64,000 bases of DNA from Octopus vulgaris (GCA_951406725.2 OX597819.1:6510001-6574000); one strand, 5' to 3'. Positions 38,736 through 53,080 are shown, numbered from the stretch's first letter. Program-made: numbers and translations. Notes: generated by a model not told the origin, from the sequence alone.

Positions 38736-39248
38736 TATAATAATAATAACAACAACAACAATAATGATGATGATTATGATGATGATGATTATGATGATGA
38801 TGATGATGATGTTGATGATGATGATAATAATACTAATAATAATGATAATAATAATGATAACTACATATGTTCATTTGTTGTATGTCCGTGTGTGTAGTAC
38901 ATGTATTATATTCTTCCTAATGAAAAGGATTTATATTTGTTCACTTTCCACAACGTAAGAGTTAAAAATTGTTGGCTAACTTAATTTATCTTTGAATTTT
39001 CAAAGCATTTAATAGCCTGCCAATGAATACATGATATATAAAATCGTTAAGCTTGTATTTTTATCTGTTATAAATAGCGAAAGCTTATCTCATAATCACT
39101 GTAGTGTAAAATTCGTTTTAAGAGACAGGGTTTCAGTTTAAATGGTATATATTAAGTACTCTGTTCCTCATTCATGGACAAAAAAAATAATTTTCAATAT
39201 GTATGTGTGTATGTGGGTATATATAGATATAAACATGCGAATTCGAGA

Positions 39249-39420
<172 letters not shown>

Positions 39421-39426
39421 TGCAGT

Positions 39427-39800
39427 AGGTGCAATGGCCCAATGGTTAGGGCAGCGGACTCGCGGTCGGAGGATCGCGGTTTCGATTCCCAGACTGGGCG
39501 TTGTGTGTGTTTATTGAACGAAAGCACCTGAACCTCCACAAGGCTCCGGCAGGGGGTGGTGGCGACCCCTGTTGTACTCTTTCGCTCCAACTTTCTCTCA
39601 CTCTTTCTTCTTGTTTCTTGTCCTCGACTTCCTACGCAACCGCTGAGCCTGGATGCACATTCATCCATCCGTCGATGCTGTCGGTGTCGGGGGTTGACCT
39701 GCTTTCTCTTCTGCAGGTCTTACGAATAGCAAAGGACCACGTTTCGCACTTCTCTCACTACAGAAGGCCGCTTCGCTCAACATCAACATCAACATCAACA
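39427..39800 (+). mobile_element. SINE family A variant with a different 3' half
   Basis: First ~190 bp align to 42913-43105; the remainder is unrelated and ends in (CAACAT)n. Confidence 0.8.
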
Positions 39801-39836
39801 TCAGCAGCAGCTGCAGAAATCAGCAGCAGCAGCACC

Positions 39837-39869
<33 letters not shown>

Positions 39870-39870
<1 letters not shown>

Positions 39871-40066
39871 AAACCGCTAGCAGGCCCTCCTCTCAACCAA
39901 TACGCTGCTAAGGGTGCCGCTGGATGACGAACTCTGGTGATGACGTTCTTCCACGCGTTCCCCTCCATGGCACTGGACTTTTAGCATGCTCGAGGTCAAG
40001 GCGCTGCCACTTCAGGTCTTCCTCAATTTGTTTCGCCCTCGTCTTTTTAATTGAACCTCGCACAAC

Positions 40067-40067
<1 letters not shown>
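39870..40067 (-). pseudogene. RTE-like LINE 3' fragment within (CTA)n
   Basis: RGSIKKTRAKQIEEDLKWQRLDLEHA resembles the RTE C-terminal RGRPKKTW...EEDL pattern; (CTA)n on both sides. Confidence 0.55.
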
Positions 40068-40137
<70 letters not shown>

Positions 40138-41146
40138 ACAGCAGCAGGAGCAGCAAAAGAAATTATTCACTTTCACAAGTTTATTGATTCCATTTAAATA
40201 GCTGTCTAATTCGTCACGGCTTAAGATCTGTCCTGTATTGTTGTAGCTCAACTTAACAGTCAACATCATTAACAGTTATCAAGGCACCTTTCTTCCGTAA
40301 TCGAAGCAATTTCTCTATTGACACTTTTATGTTAACAGAAATATTTTTGTTGGGTTTTTTTCTGATGATTTTCGTCTGTATTCCGTCTGCCTTTATAACA
40401 GCCCTCTAAATTGTTTGTTCTCTTTTATTTTTATGTTTCTATGACTGTCATTTTGTTGACCTATGTAAACGAGTTGTTACTCTGATAATCTAATAGTATG
40501 AATATACGCTAATGAGGTCTATATTGTCCATCATTTAAAAAAAAAGTAGCATCTTGGAAAATAGTGTATTTCAAAGGTTTTCTTCGTACTTTTACTTTTA
40601 TATTTACGTTAATTCACTTTGGAATAATTTGTTAAAAATCGAATTACTTCAATCCAAATTGAAGGTAAGTACCATTTCTATTCGTCCTTCTACTCGTTTT
40701 ATTATTAAAGTGTACTGTGATAATCAAGGGTAGACAGCAAAGGACAGTGTAGGACAAATACACAGCCATAAATTATTTATCTATATTTAAAGATGCAATT
40801 TAAAATACTCTGCTGGAACGTCCATTGAATTTGTTGAAAAATACAAGGTGAGCAACGTTAGTCAACATATAAAATCTTATTCTCTCTCTTAAAACAACAA
40901 GGTAAGTCATATGAACATGATGGCCATTACTGACCTACAGGTATCTATAAAGATTGAAATGAAGAAAAAATAAAATTATTTATTTTAGACTTGAAAGATA
41001 TTATTGTTGTTATTACTATGAAAATAGTATCGTTATAAGTATAAATATACCATAAACAATTATATAAAAATGGAGAAAAAGATGTTTCATCAAAATTAGA
41101 TTTAATACAAATTTGGATTCATTACACATGAGTGAGTATTTATATA

Positions 41147-42430
41147 TCAGGTCATCCCATAAGTTCTGTCCGATTTTACCTTTCTTTAAATTTGAATGAA
41201 ATTTAATAGTATTTTACAATGTCTAATGGAATTAGTAGTTATTTTTATGCATTTGTGTACATTTAAACTAATTAAATATTATTTTACAGAATAACAGAAT
41301 TAAAATTTATTTGATTAAAACTCTTCCTAACATGGAAGTATCCAAAGAGCATTTGAGACACATAATGATTTATGAGTACAAAAAAAGGAAACTCTGCTGC
41401 CGAAGCGACTCGAAACATACACTCAGCCTATGGGAAAGAATGCTTGAATGAAAGAAGTTGCGGAAGATGGTTTGCAAAATTTAGAAGTGGAGATTTCAGT
41501 CTTAAAGATGAAGATCGAACAGGACGTTCAGTTGAGTTTGAAGATAAGCTCCTTGAGGCATTACTTGAAGAAAATCTTGCATAATCAGTCGAGGAATTGG
41601 CAATAAGCTTAATTCAACCCATACAACTGTTTATCATCTTCAACAACTTGGAATGGTTCCTAAACTTGGAAAATGGGTGCCTCATGAATTGTCTGAAAGC
41701 AACCGCAAATTCCGAGTTGACATCTGCTCTTCTCTCCATTCTCGCGAACTCATTTCACCCTTTTTGTATAGACTTGTGACTGGTGATGAAAAATGGATCT
41801 TCTATAGAAATGTTAAACGTCATAAACAGTGGCTTGGTCAAAGAAAAAAAGCTCAACCACAACCGAGAAGGGATCTTCATGGGAAAAAGATTCTTCTCTC
41901 AATCTGGTGGGAGTGCAAAGGAGTAATTTACTTTCAATTGTTACCACCTAATGCAACAATCAATGCTGAAGTCTATTGTCAGCAATTAGAGCGTTTGAAC
42001 CAAGCTTTGAAGAAAAAAGGCCCACTTGAGTGAATCGAAAAGGAGTGATGTTTCAACAAGACAATGCGCGACCCCACACGGCAAAGATCACATCACAGAA
42101 GATCGAAGAGCTTGGTTGGGAAAAATTCCTCAACCATCTTATTCTCGCGACCTTGCTTCTTCAGACTACCATTTGTTTCGTATTTTACAGAATCATTTGG
42201 GGGACATAACTCTCGCAAGACAGGAGGAGGTCGAAACGGACATTTCAGAGTTCTTTGCTTTAAAACCAAAAGAGTTTTACATTGATGGGATTAAAAAGCT
42301 TGAAAATAGACGGAAGAAAATCATAGATAATCAGGGAATGTACAGTGATGATTAAATTTCAATTCAATATAACATTTGATCACTTGTTTTCTTTATTCAA
42401 AATTCGGACAGAATTTGTGGGATGACCTGA
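41147..42430 (+). mobile_element. Full-length mariner element (1284 bp) with pseudogenised transposase
   Basis: TIRs TCAGGTCATCCCATAAGTTCTGTCCGA and TCGGACAGAATTTGTGGGATGACCTGA, TA on both sides; ATG 41332 to stop 42355 with KWVPHEL, VTGDEKW, QQDNARPH and YSRDLASSDYHLF; several frameshifts. Confidence 0.97.
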
Positions 42431-42908
42431 TAGATATTGTTATTGTTATTACTATTTGTGTTAATTATAAATAGTTGATAACAACAGCAATGATATAGGT
42501 GGTTACAGGCCTTAAATAACATTAGATAGCTATAGAATTAAAATTCAAAGTTTATATTTATCATAAGGGCACACAAGGTGCCTACCTGCTAGAAGGAGGA
42601 GCTAAAAGTCTCAGATAAACCACCAATAACACTGAAAAACTCAAAATTAAAACAACTGTAAACGGACAAACGGGTCAAATAATTTTAACATACTAAATGC
42701 TAAATATTTTGGCATTTGGATACGCTTGGATCATGATTTCTAGTTCTGGCGAAAATCCTCAACCTTCATCACCCACTGAAAAAATATTTTAACTTGTCAC
42801 GTTGAAGTCCGCCGGCGTTCTGAATCAACACATGGAAACTAAAAAATCAGAGACAAGAATAAAGAAAACGTAAATGCGATTACACACTCCTTTTATTATA
42901 GGGAACTG

Positions 42909-43300
42909 GTGGAGGCGCAATGGCCCAGTGGTTAGGGCAGCGGACTCGCGGTCATAGGATCGCGGTTTCGATTCCCAGACCGGGCGTTGTGAGTGTTTAT
43001 TGAGCGAAAACACCTAAAAGCTCCACGAGGCTCCGGCAGGGGATGGTGGTGATCCCTGCTGTACTCTTTCACCACAACTTTCTCTCACTCTTACTTCTTG
43101 TTTCTGTTGTACCTGTATTTCAAAGGGCCGGCCTTGTCACTCTCTGTGTCACACTGAATATCCCCGAGAACTACGTTAAGGGTACACGTGTCTGTGGAGT
43201 GCTCAGCCAGTTACACGTTAATTTCACGAGCAAACTGTTCCGTTGATCGGATCAACCGGAACCCTCATCGTCGTAACCGACGGAGTGCTTCCATCCATCC
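42909..43300 (+). mobile_element. SINE family A, full length with TSD
   Basis: 14-bp TSD ATTATAGGGAACTG at 42895-42908 and 43301-43314; (CCAT)n tail. Confidence 0.95.
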
Positions 43301-43521
43301 ATTATAGGGAACTGTTCAGAAAGTTTGCTTTGGTGAAAAACACATCCTGTGTACAGTGCTTGAACCAGTGAACGAAAGTGGTTTGATCAAGATAAAACTT
43401 GAAGGAACATCATCATCGCATCTGTTGGCACACTGTCAAAAGCATTTCCCAAAATGTATGAAGACAACGGAGATTGGTTTTTGCTGTTGTTTGCCTGGTT
43501 GTTGTTGTTGTCGTGTGTGTT

Positions 43522-43581
<60 letters not shown>

Positions 43582-43939
43582 TGTGTGTGTGTACATAAAA
43601 CGTGTTACCTGATAAAATATGTTTGAGGCACATTCGAATCCGTAAGAAAGCCATTCGCAGTATTTTGTCATAAAGAAAATTCCTCGCTGTAAAAGATAGG
43701 TGCATGTATTTCGGAGTGGTTGTCTTCTCTTCGCAGTCCCTGCATTTCCGGTCTATGTTGCCCAAGAGAACTTAATCACTCGGAAATACTTGCTTGTAAC
43801 AGTCTGGTTAGAGAACGCCGTCAACTGACTCGGCATGTTTACACTCATCTGTCTACAGCGAGATATCTCTATGACCAAATACAGTGAATGACTTTCTTAC
43901 CGCTTCCAATATGCCTCAAGCGTAATTGACCTGGGTTTG

Positions 43940-44305
43940 TATTTATACACATAAGGAAGCGAGTGTAGGTTCCATCCAACCGCCGCTCAAGCTTCTTTGA
44001 TAACGTCCATCCAACCAAAATGCAAATATATCGGAAACTACCACCTGTGTCATCTCTTATGAAAGGTAAGAGAGTCCAGTTTGCTGGACATTGTTGTAGA
44101 GCTGAAAAATAGGTAGTTTCTACTCTTCTCCTCTGGAAGCCATCTACTCGCAATACCAGAGGGCGCACACTCTCCTACCCTGATGTAATCTCCAGGGATA
44201 CAGGCATCCAGCAACAGGACCTCCGTAATGCCATGATGGACCGTGAAGTCTGGCATAGCATGGTAAATTCCATTGTCTCGACCATGGTCGAACAATAATG
44301 ATGAT
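43940..44305 (+). mobile_element. RTE/RTE-X LINE 3' end with 5' inversion
   Basis: Plus: HPTKMQIYRKLPPVSS..RVQFAGHCCRA...AMMDREVW; minus (43940-44009): WTLSKKLERRLDGTYTRFL. Confidence 0.85.
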
Positions 44306-44703
44306 TTATACACATCACTGTTTACCACCATCATACACACACTCACACACATACACACATACACACGAAGAGATTTAATTGGCCCTAAAGCTATAGTAGA
44401 AGAGGCTCCGTTGCCCATGGTGCCACGCAGAGGGACTGAACCCGGAACTACGTGATTGAGAAGCAAACTTCTAACAATACAGCTAGACGCACGTGTGTAC
44501 GTATGTATGAATGATGTATATCTGTATGTGTGTAATGAAATTAATGTTTGGAAAAATAGATGAATACAGTAAGCTTCGCTGATGATCGTTGAGTGCTGAC
44601 GTACAAAAGGTGAACTAAATTAATACCAAGATATCTGTTCTTACTTTGCGGGTTATGCGAAGGTAAGACTTATATTCATTAGGTTCATTGCATTCTCTGT
44701 GCG

Positions 44704-44955
44704 TGTTTATACACATAAGGAAGCGAGTGTAGGTTCCATCCAACCGCCGCTCAAGCTTCTTTGATAACGTCCATCCAACCAAAATGCAAATATATCGGAA
44801 ACTACCACCTGTGTCATCTCTTATGAAAGGTAAGAGAGTCCAGTTTGCTGGACATTGTTGTAGAGCTGAAAAATAGGTAGTTTACTTCTCCTCTGGAAGT
44901 CAGAGGGCGCACACTCTCCTACCCTGATGTAATCTCCAGGGATACAGGGATACAG
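44704..44955 (+). repeat. Direct duplicate of the inverted LINE junction at 43940-44203, with small deletions
   Basis: Identical run from TTTATACACATAAGGAAGCG to GAAAAATAGGTAGTTT. Confidence 0.9.
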
Positions 44956-45042
44956 TGAGAAATTTGTTACTTTGGAGTGTTGACTTCTATTTCTAGCAAG
45001 TGGTATTTCGGTACCCTAATTTATATATGTGTGTGCACGCGT

Positions 45043-45081
<39 letters not shown>

Positions 45082-45095
45082 CGTGTGTGTGTGTG

Positions 45096-45136
<41 letters not shown>

Positions 45137-45187
45137 TGAAGTTCCGCTTTAAATGTGGCAGGATAATGTATAAGAAGAGTAGATGTT

Positions 45188-45416
45188 GGCGAGATGGCAG
45201 AACCGTTAGAACGCCGGGTGAAACATTTAGTGGTATTTCGTCTGCCGTTACGTTCTGAGTTCGAATTCCGGCGAGGTCGACTTTACCTTTCATCCTTTTG
45301 GGGTCGAGAAGTTAAGTACCAGTTACGCTCTGGTGTCGATGTAATCGATTTAATTCCTTTGTCTGTCTTTGTTTGTCCCCTCTATGTTTAGCCTCTTGTG
45401 AGCAATGAAGAAATAA
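45188..45416 (+). mobile_element. SINE family C with TSD
   Basis: 20-bp TSD ATAAGAAGAGTAGATGTTGG at 45170-45189 and 45413-45432. Confidence 0.93.
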
Positions 45417-46339
45417 GAAGAGTAGATGTTGGACCTATTGAGGACTGGGGACTGAATATTTGTGTCAGAAAGTAATACGACTTAGAATATAAAAGGTGAA
45501 TAAAGATAAAGACAAATAGAAAGACTGAGATGAATAAACGAGATAAAATCAAATCATTAATTTAAGATGTATATACAATAGTATTATAAGAGGTGTATAA
45601 ATATTTATAAGCATAAATACATAAATTACAAAGGAATATTTTATAGATATATAATGATATACGAAAGTCTTTAGAAAAAGTGCGTGGAATTCACATAAAA
45701 CTATCGGTGAATTCGCTGAATTCACTTAAAACTATTGGCGAAATATTAACTGCCTGAATTATTTATTATGGTCAATAGTTAAACTATGTTTATTTTTCTA
45801 TCTCCCCTTATTTTATTGCTGTATTACAACTAGCTAAATTAGTCAAGTGACGTTATATTTGTTAATCTTTACTTTTAAATGAAACCAGTTTGTGTTTTGC
45901 CGAAGTGGATTTTCAGTATGGTTCACTATGGTGAATGTTTGGTGAAATTTTAAATTTTAACTCAATGAAATTTGTACTTGAACATTGGAAGTTAACTATT
46001 GACTTAACGATTGCAAAACCTGGGTTAGTGTTTTAATCTGATTATTATACTTATGGATTATGGATGTGTAGTATAATATCATTTTTATATAATATTTTTA
46101 TATAATATTATTTGTATACAGTTTCATTGTATAAGCAATGAAACTGTAAAAAAGACAATTTTCTACATTAGAAACAAAATCAGCAGTTGGAACAAAAGAG
46201 TGTGGTTCTTTATTCTATCGCCCCCAAGCGGGATGAAAAGCAAAGTTGATTCTGTAGGATTTAAACTCAGAACCTAAAAACCAAGGGGCGTTTTCTCCGC
46301 TGCTCTTACGATTCTGCCAGTTTGCCGCCTTAAAACAGT

Positions 46340-46947
46340 AAAGGTCTTTCTCGAACATATAGAGTCATGGGGCCGATTTCTAGGTTTCTATCGCATCTAT
46401 ATTCCCCAACTGGACAAAAGGCATGATTACTCATTTTTGACAGTTGAGTAATCTTTATATATAAAAGTGAGGTTGTGTGCTGTCTGTGTCCTACGATTTA
46501 GATTCCTAACTACCCCCACATTTTGCGGTGCAGTTTAACCAAAACCGGGTATCTTATAGTCGTGATTCATATCGAGCGTGCGTTTACGATGAGTCTACGA
46601 TTTTTAAAATAATTTACCATCAATTTTTCCCATTTTAATGCATTTTTGGCATATATAAGGGAAGTAACTCTCTAAAAATTTATTATTAAATCTCAGAACG
46701 TAAAAAGCTACAGTAACACCACCCCCCTTTGTGGTTAGCCATATTGAGATGGCTATTATACTTTACATCTCTAAAAATGCTTATATAGTTATTTCCCTTA
46801 CAAATCCGAGCAACGCCGGGCGATACTGCTAGTGGGAAATAAAGTGTTTTGGTCAAGAATACAACGCATTGCCCGGTTCCGGAATCAAAACCACAATCTT
46901 ACGATCATAAGTCCAACAGCCTACCCTCTAACCTACGCGCCTCCACG
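46340..46947 (-). mobile_element. Old tRNA-headed, CORE-like SINE interrupted by a Helitron
   Basis: Minus strand GTGGAGGCGCG...GATTCC...GTATTCTTGACCAAAACACTT | ACTCAACTGTCAAAAATGAGTA. Confidence 0.6.
46452..46832 (+). mobile_element. Non-autonomous Helitron
   Basis: A|TC...CCGAGCAACGCCGG hairpin...CTAG|T; same family as 17123-17508. Confidence 0.9.
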
Positions 46948-47158
46948 TTCGCCACCTTAAAGGAACAAAAATAACAGTAAAAACTAAAAAAATATAAAAG
47001 CAATATATATTTACAGTCGTACACACATACACACTCACAAGATATATATATGTGTGTGTGTATAAATATAAATATATAAGACTATATATATGTCATATAT
47101 ATATATATATATATATGCATATATATATATATCTCTAAATATATACATATATATATAT

Positions 47159-47219
<61 letters not shown>

Positions 47220-47857
47220 TTATATTTATATTTATACATATATTCAGAGTGAAATAGAAAATTGTAAACCGATTACTACAAGCGAACAGAGCTGTAGGTT
47301 GCTCGCTTTCATATCCGCTTTGAATAAATGCTTCATGAACACGCATCGATAGTGCGGAAGGTGTTTTACACTTCAGATTAATAAAAATGAAAAAAAAAAG
47401 GAAATGTTTCCCATTTGACTGAGCATTTATAATTTCTAGCGTGGTCATTTGACCTTTTCCACGTAGTTAAGGTCAATACATATTGATCTAGTCAAACTAA
47501 GCTATTTCCAGCCTCCTCGATTCTACAACTTATACAACGATGTTTATTGCAATCAGAGAGGTGTGAAATATTTCAGGCCAAAACGATAATCATTCCCAAA
47601 AAGAAGAAAACACTCGTAGGCTTAACACTGGCACGACGACATCCTTGTTTAACAGTTGCGGGTCGTTTTCTCTCTGTTTCAGTATACTAAGGCAAGATTT
47701 ACATGAGCTGCCTAAGAAACAGACAAGCACATACACATATAAAAATGTGTACGTATACATTATTATACACCGAGACAAAGGCACATAAACGCATGTATAT
47801 ATATATATATATATATATCATATATGTGTGCAAGTATATGTATGTGTGTGTGGGCAA

Positions 47858-47901
<44 letters not shown>

Positions 47902-50095
47902 GTATAAATGTATATCTATAATACACGTGCGCGAATATATATGCACATATATGTGCATACATAAACACATTTATGAATATACCAACAAATATATATCCAT
48001 ATATATGTATGCATACATTTATTATATAAATGTGTGTGCGTGTGTGTGTGTGTGTGTGTCTGAAAGTCCGTATGCATATATGTATGTATTTATACATCAA
48101 TATATCATATATATATATGCCAGAATGCAACAACAAGTTTGGATACAAACCATCCTGAGTTAAATTAAATTAGATTATCTCCAAACTTTGATACTTATCC
48201 AACATAGCTTTAAACCATGTCATTGAATTCGAGTGCATTCCGCCGACATTCATACATTAAATCGTGATAACAGAGCTCCTTCGTCATCGACCTCGAACCA
48301 TATAATGAAGCGTATTACAGTATTCAATGTGAGATATGGATATAATATGAAGATGTACCATATATATACAACTATACATGTGTGTGTATGTGTGTGTAAG
48401 TGTGTGTGAAGGTGTGTGTATGCATGTACTTATATATATGCAAACATTGAGTCAAACTAATGTGTATTTGTATTGCGTGTGGTTGAGTTTTGTTTGGATA
48501 CATCATAAGATGTTGAATACAAATTGATCTTAGGAAATGTGTAGCATCTTTTATGTGTAAACTTGGATAAATGAAAAACGTAGACAGCTTTAGTAGTAGT
48601 ATAGATACATCACATCATATATATGTGTATACACACACTCACACACACACACATACATACATATATATATATATATATATTAATAGATGGTGTCCTGTAC
48701 TCATATATGCGTGTATATATAATGTAGAGGTAGGTACGTACATATATGTATATATATATGCATATGTTTTATTTATTAATATATTATATGACGGAACGCA
48801 CGCATCCCTTTCTAAGTAAGATTGTTCTTGATATATATATATACATATATATACATATATACATATATATGTATGTATATATATGTACATACATATATGT
48901 GTGTGTGTGTGGGTATATTGAAGTCATACATATATATAAATATATGATGTGTATATATATGTTTGTAAATCGGTATGTGTATAGCTATGCACCTACATAA
49001 TGTTAGAATTGACCACTTTTTCCATTACTGTAAGTTTTATGATGAAGGGGCATTTATCAGATAGTACATCAACAAATTACTGTTCAAATGCTAACGAGAT
49101 TATTTCTAGCACTTGACGCCGTGGGGTATGTGTGGCTAACTTCTATCAGGTTTCAGTTCTGTTTGCTGTTTACAAGGAAGAATTTGTGTCCATGCCGACA
49201 TTTCTATTTTCTTTTCATTCTTTTGATTAAAACATCGGTTTGCTTGGTTATTATAGGCACTTTTTCTGCTGTATGCAATTGGCATTGTCTCTCTCTGAAT
49301 TTATGTAGGGCATATTATGTATTATGATGCAGCAGTAGACATCGCAATATATTCAACACATCAAGATTCTTATTAGCCTATATATGCATGTATATTTTAT
49401 TTTGGTAGTTTTAATCATTAGACGGCACACAGGCTGGAGCATCGCCTGGAAGATGTTTTAGTCCAAGGCTAGCCTTATTATATTCATTTTCCGAGTTGCT
49501 AAGTAACGGGAACATAAACAAACCAGCACCGATTGTCAAGCGGTGCAGTGGAGGACAAACACAGACACAAACACACACACACATATATATATATACTATA
49601 TATATGTATACATATATATATATATATATATGTACGTTTAAATATTTGTTGTGCAAGATTTTTTATGTGAAGTCGTGTGTTGAAACAGATATTGTTATAT
49701 TTCGGAATGGTCATATTGCCAGTTTAGCCAATAAAAACACACGCACTATATATTTGGTGTTATTTTGCTTATATTTATTAAACAATGTGTGGTATGTGTG
49801 AATGATCGGGAAGTGTTTATTTAATATAAGGTTCAGAAATTTCTATACATAGTCTTGTATAAAACAGAAATCAGTATAACGCAAACAGTGACAATCCCAG
49901 TGTCATTAACCCTAGCTCGTCGCCACCTCTATATCGTTATATGGGCACCTGCGATTGAAGGAAATAGAATGCATAGTCGATGTGAAGTTAGCATGGGTTT
50001 TTTTAAGTCCTTATCATCTCGCAAGGCCACAAGGAGATTGTGATACTTTGCAACATCGTTGCACAATGTGATGGGCAGTGCAGATCAGAAAACCC

Positions 50096-50131
<36 letters not shown>

Positions 50132-51961
50132 GAACAGCCGCAGTATCATGCTATCTTCTTGCGATAAAAGGGATGGAATAGAGACTGGAACTGGAAATTA
50201 AAAAAACGGTGAAGAAACATGTGTTGAAGTGAGAAAGCAAAAGGTCGGCATAACACTTGAAAAGTCCCAACTCTACAGGTAATATGAAATTCATATGAAG
50301 CTAGATTGAATAACAAATTAGATTGAGTAACATGATAGGTTTTCCCCTCAGATCACGGCTGGATAAACTCGAGATAGATGAAGATGTGCAGTTTGGGAAG
50401 AAATACAAGTGGCAAATATAGAGGAGACAGGCAAATGATAGATTGTTGAAGACCACACAACTCCAAACAAATACCCAGGAAACGTTGAATGCATTTTAGC
50501 ATGGTTAAAGAAAAATTACACAGACACGACTTTGGATGCGCCCAGTTTCAATACAACGAATCACGACAGGTGGGCATAGTTTTGAGGAGCTAAGGCCTGA
50601 TTATTACACATGGATTCTTGCTGTATACAGGTGGGTTACCCAGTCAATGCTTTCACTGTTTAAATTATTGTGCCAGTTTATACTTATTGTGTGCTTTTTA
50701 TTCTGCTTCTATAATTCTTATCAATTTTTTTAAAATTGTGTTCTTAGCGTAACGACCTCTTCCTTGTTTTATGTTTGTTTAGCTATCTTTCTCTCTGTAA
50801 ATACCTATATAGAAGAACAGACACACAGAAACAACGAGAGAAAGAGTCACAGATTTTTATAACCTCTATGTTTTACCGTTTTATTTGTATGTATAGGTAA
50901 TTGGAGGTAAACAAAGAACAAGTTGTTAGAAATGCTGTTATCATCATCATCATCATCATCATCATTATTATTATTAGGACCTGGGAAAAATACATTATTG
51001 TCAATTACTATTGAACCATAAAAACATGCCGGTTATTTGGAAAGAGATATAGGTATTTTGGAGTTAGTAACTTTTATGAAGTCCGAAACTCTAATCCGAT
51101 TAAATTCTAAAAATACAGAATTTCAAAAACCACTTAAACCATTTACAAACTTCTACTGTACCAAAAATTACTAAATCTTTGATGCGTAAATAACGTCGGA
51201 AACATTTTAGAATTGTTGGGTTGCCGAAGGTAGGTTTTAATGTTTTGTTTTGGTTCGAGAGTCAGGATATTACCCAAGAGTAATTGAAGTGTTCACTCTG
51301 TGTGCTTCGGATTAAAATCCGATTAAAGGTTCATAACCACGTGATGAATTGTTTACTGTTATAAAATGTTGCCATGAGCAATATGGAACAAAGGAGTACA
51401 ATCGTGGCAAGTAAAATTACTGCTGATTTAACTTGACCGTTGAATAAATAATTGCATCTTCATTTCCTTTTTTTTTTTTTTTCTTTTTTTGTCAAATGGT
51501 GAAAATGATATTCGTCTCATTGAAATCCCTATAACTTACAGAAGCAGAACCCGATGTGGTCATTTTCCTTCTGAGTCACAAAGCAGCTGGTTACACTTAG
51601 CTATTATCACTAAATAATAATCTGCTACCTAACGCAGTTAATTGAAAGAGCATCCGACAAAATGAATTATAAATTTTGTTACAACCCTTTACATTCTAAG
51701 TCAAATCCATTGATGTCACCTGTGACTTTCAGCTTTCCAAGAGACATTGAAATGTCTCACGCGTTAAACGTCAGATATAATGCTGAGAATTATTTATGAT
51801 TCTCTGCGCTCTGTGTCCAAATCCCAAAAGTCAACGTTGCCTTCCAACCACTCTGAGTGTCGTTTGATATAATACCTGTTCAGTACTAGGATCGATTCTT
51901 CTCTCACATTCTCTTTCTTTCGCGCTCTGTCTCTCTCGCTCTCTCCCTATATATATATATA

Positions 51962-52053
<92 letters not shown>

Positions 52054-52057
52054 TGTG

Positions 52058-52090
<33 letters not shown>

Positions 52091-52466
52091 ATTTCTATCC
52101 TTATTTTCTATCTTTCTCTCGTTCTCTTTTCCTCACTGGAAACAATCGACTGCGGTCACACGTGGAAAGAGAAAGAGATGGACTCCACTAAGTTGTAAAT
52201 GCCCGTGGCACGCCTTGCATCCTGGTGGAGACGCATGTCGGTCTCCACCAGGAGTTGATGATTCAGGAAAGGAATATAATAAAATAAAGCAGCAGATACG
52301 TAAATTTAATGGATTGGTATTGGTGACCCTCAATATTCCTCAAGATACTCTGACCGGGAATTCCGAACGAATCCTATTAGTGTTGCTGGTGTTTTTAAGA
52401 AAAATGAATTAAGTCTAACTAAACAGAAATCTTGAATTCCTCCATTCATCACAACCAATATACTGA

Positions 52467-52851
52467 GTGGAGGCGCAATGGCCCAGTAGTTAGGACAGCG
52501 GACTCGCGGTCATAGGATCGCGGTTTCGATTCCCAGACCGGGAGTTGTGAGTGTTTATTGAGCGAAAACACCCAAAGCTCCACGAGGCTCCGGCAGGGGA
52601 TGGTGGTGATCCCTGCTGTACTCTTTCACCACAACGTTCTCTCACTCTTACTTCCTGTTTCTGTTGTACCTGTATTTCAAAGGGCCGGCCTTGTCACTCT
52701 CTGTGTCACGCTGAATATCCCCGAGAACAACGGTAAGGGTACACGTGTCTGTGGAGTGCTCAGCCACTTACACGTTAATTTCACGAGCAGGCTGTTCCGT
52801 TGATTCGGATCAACCGGAACCCTCATCGTCGTAACCGACGGAGTGCTTCCC
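52467..52851 (+). mobile_element. SINE family A, full length
   Basis: Near-identical to 42909-43300. Confidence 0.94.
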
Positions 52852-53080
52852 ATACTAACTGAACGGTTCTATGAGGTCACTTACAGATTGTTTTTTCTTT
52901 CTTTCTTTTTTTGTCGATGCACTCCACCAGTTTCCTCAGATTCCTCAGATAATTAACAATGTATATCGCGAGTCTGTCATCTTGTTCAACCTCAGTCAAC
53001 AGAAGGAGAATGACTGTTCATCTACGGTAAGTATTAAAAATTACAGGATTCAGTGAGGAAATAGAAACAAAACAAAAAAT

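Noticed and set aside
32530-38860. Repeat-spacer alternation superficially like a CRISPR array or integron
   Set aside because: The repeats are variable-length microsatellites, the inserts are 0.4-1.7 kb retroelement pieces, and there are no cas or integrase genes.
42913-42990. tRNA-like sequence, also at about 250-322, 39427 and 52470
   Set aside because: These are SINE heads continuous with the SINE body and TSDs; no convincing cloverleaf acceptor stem.
49855-50620. Higher-complexity stretch that might be an exon or a LINE endonuclease relic
   Set aside because: No sustained ORF or motif that I can identify; left unannotated.
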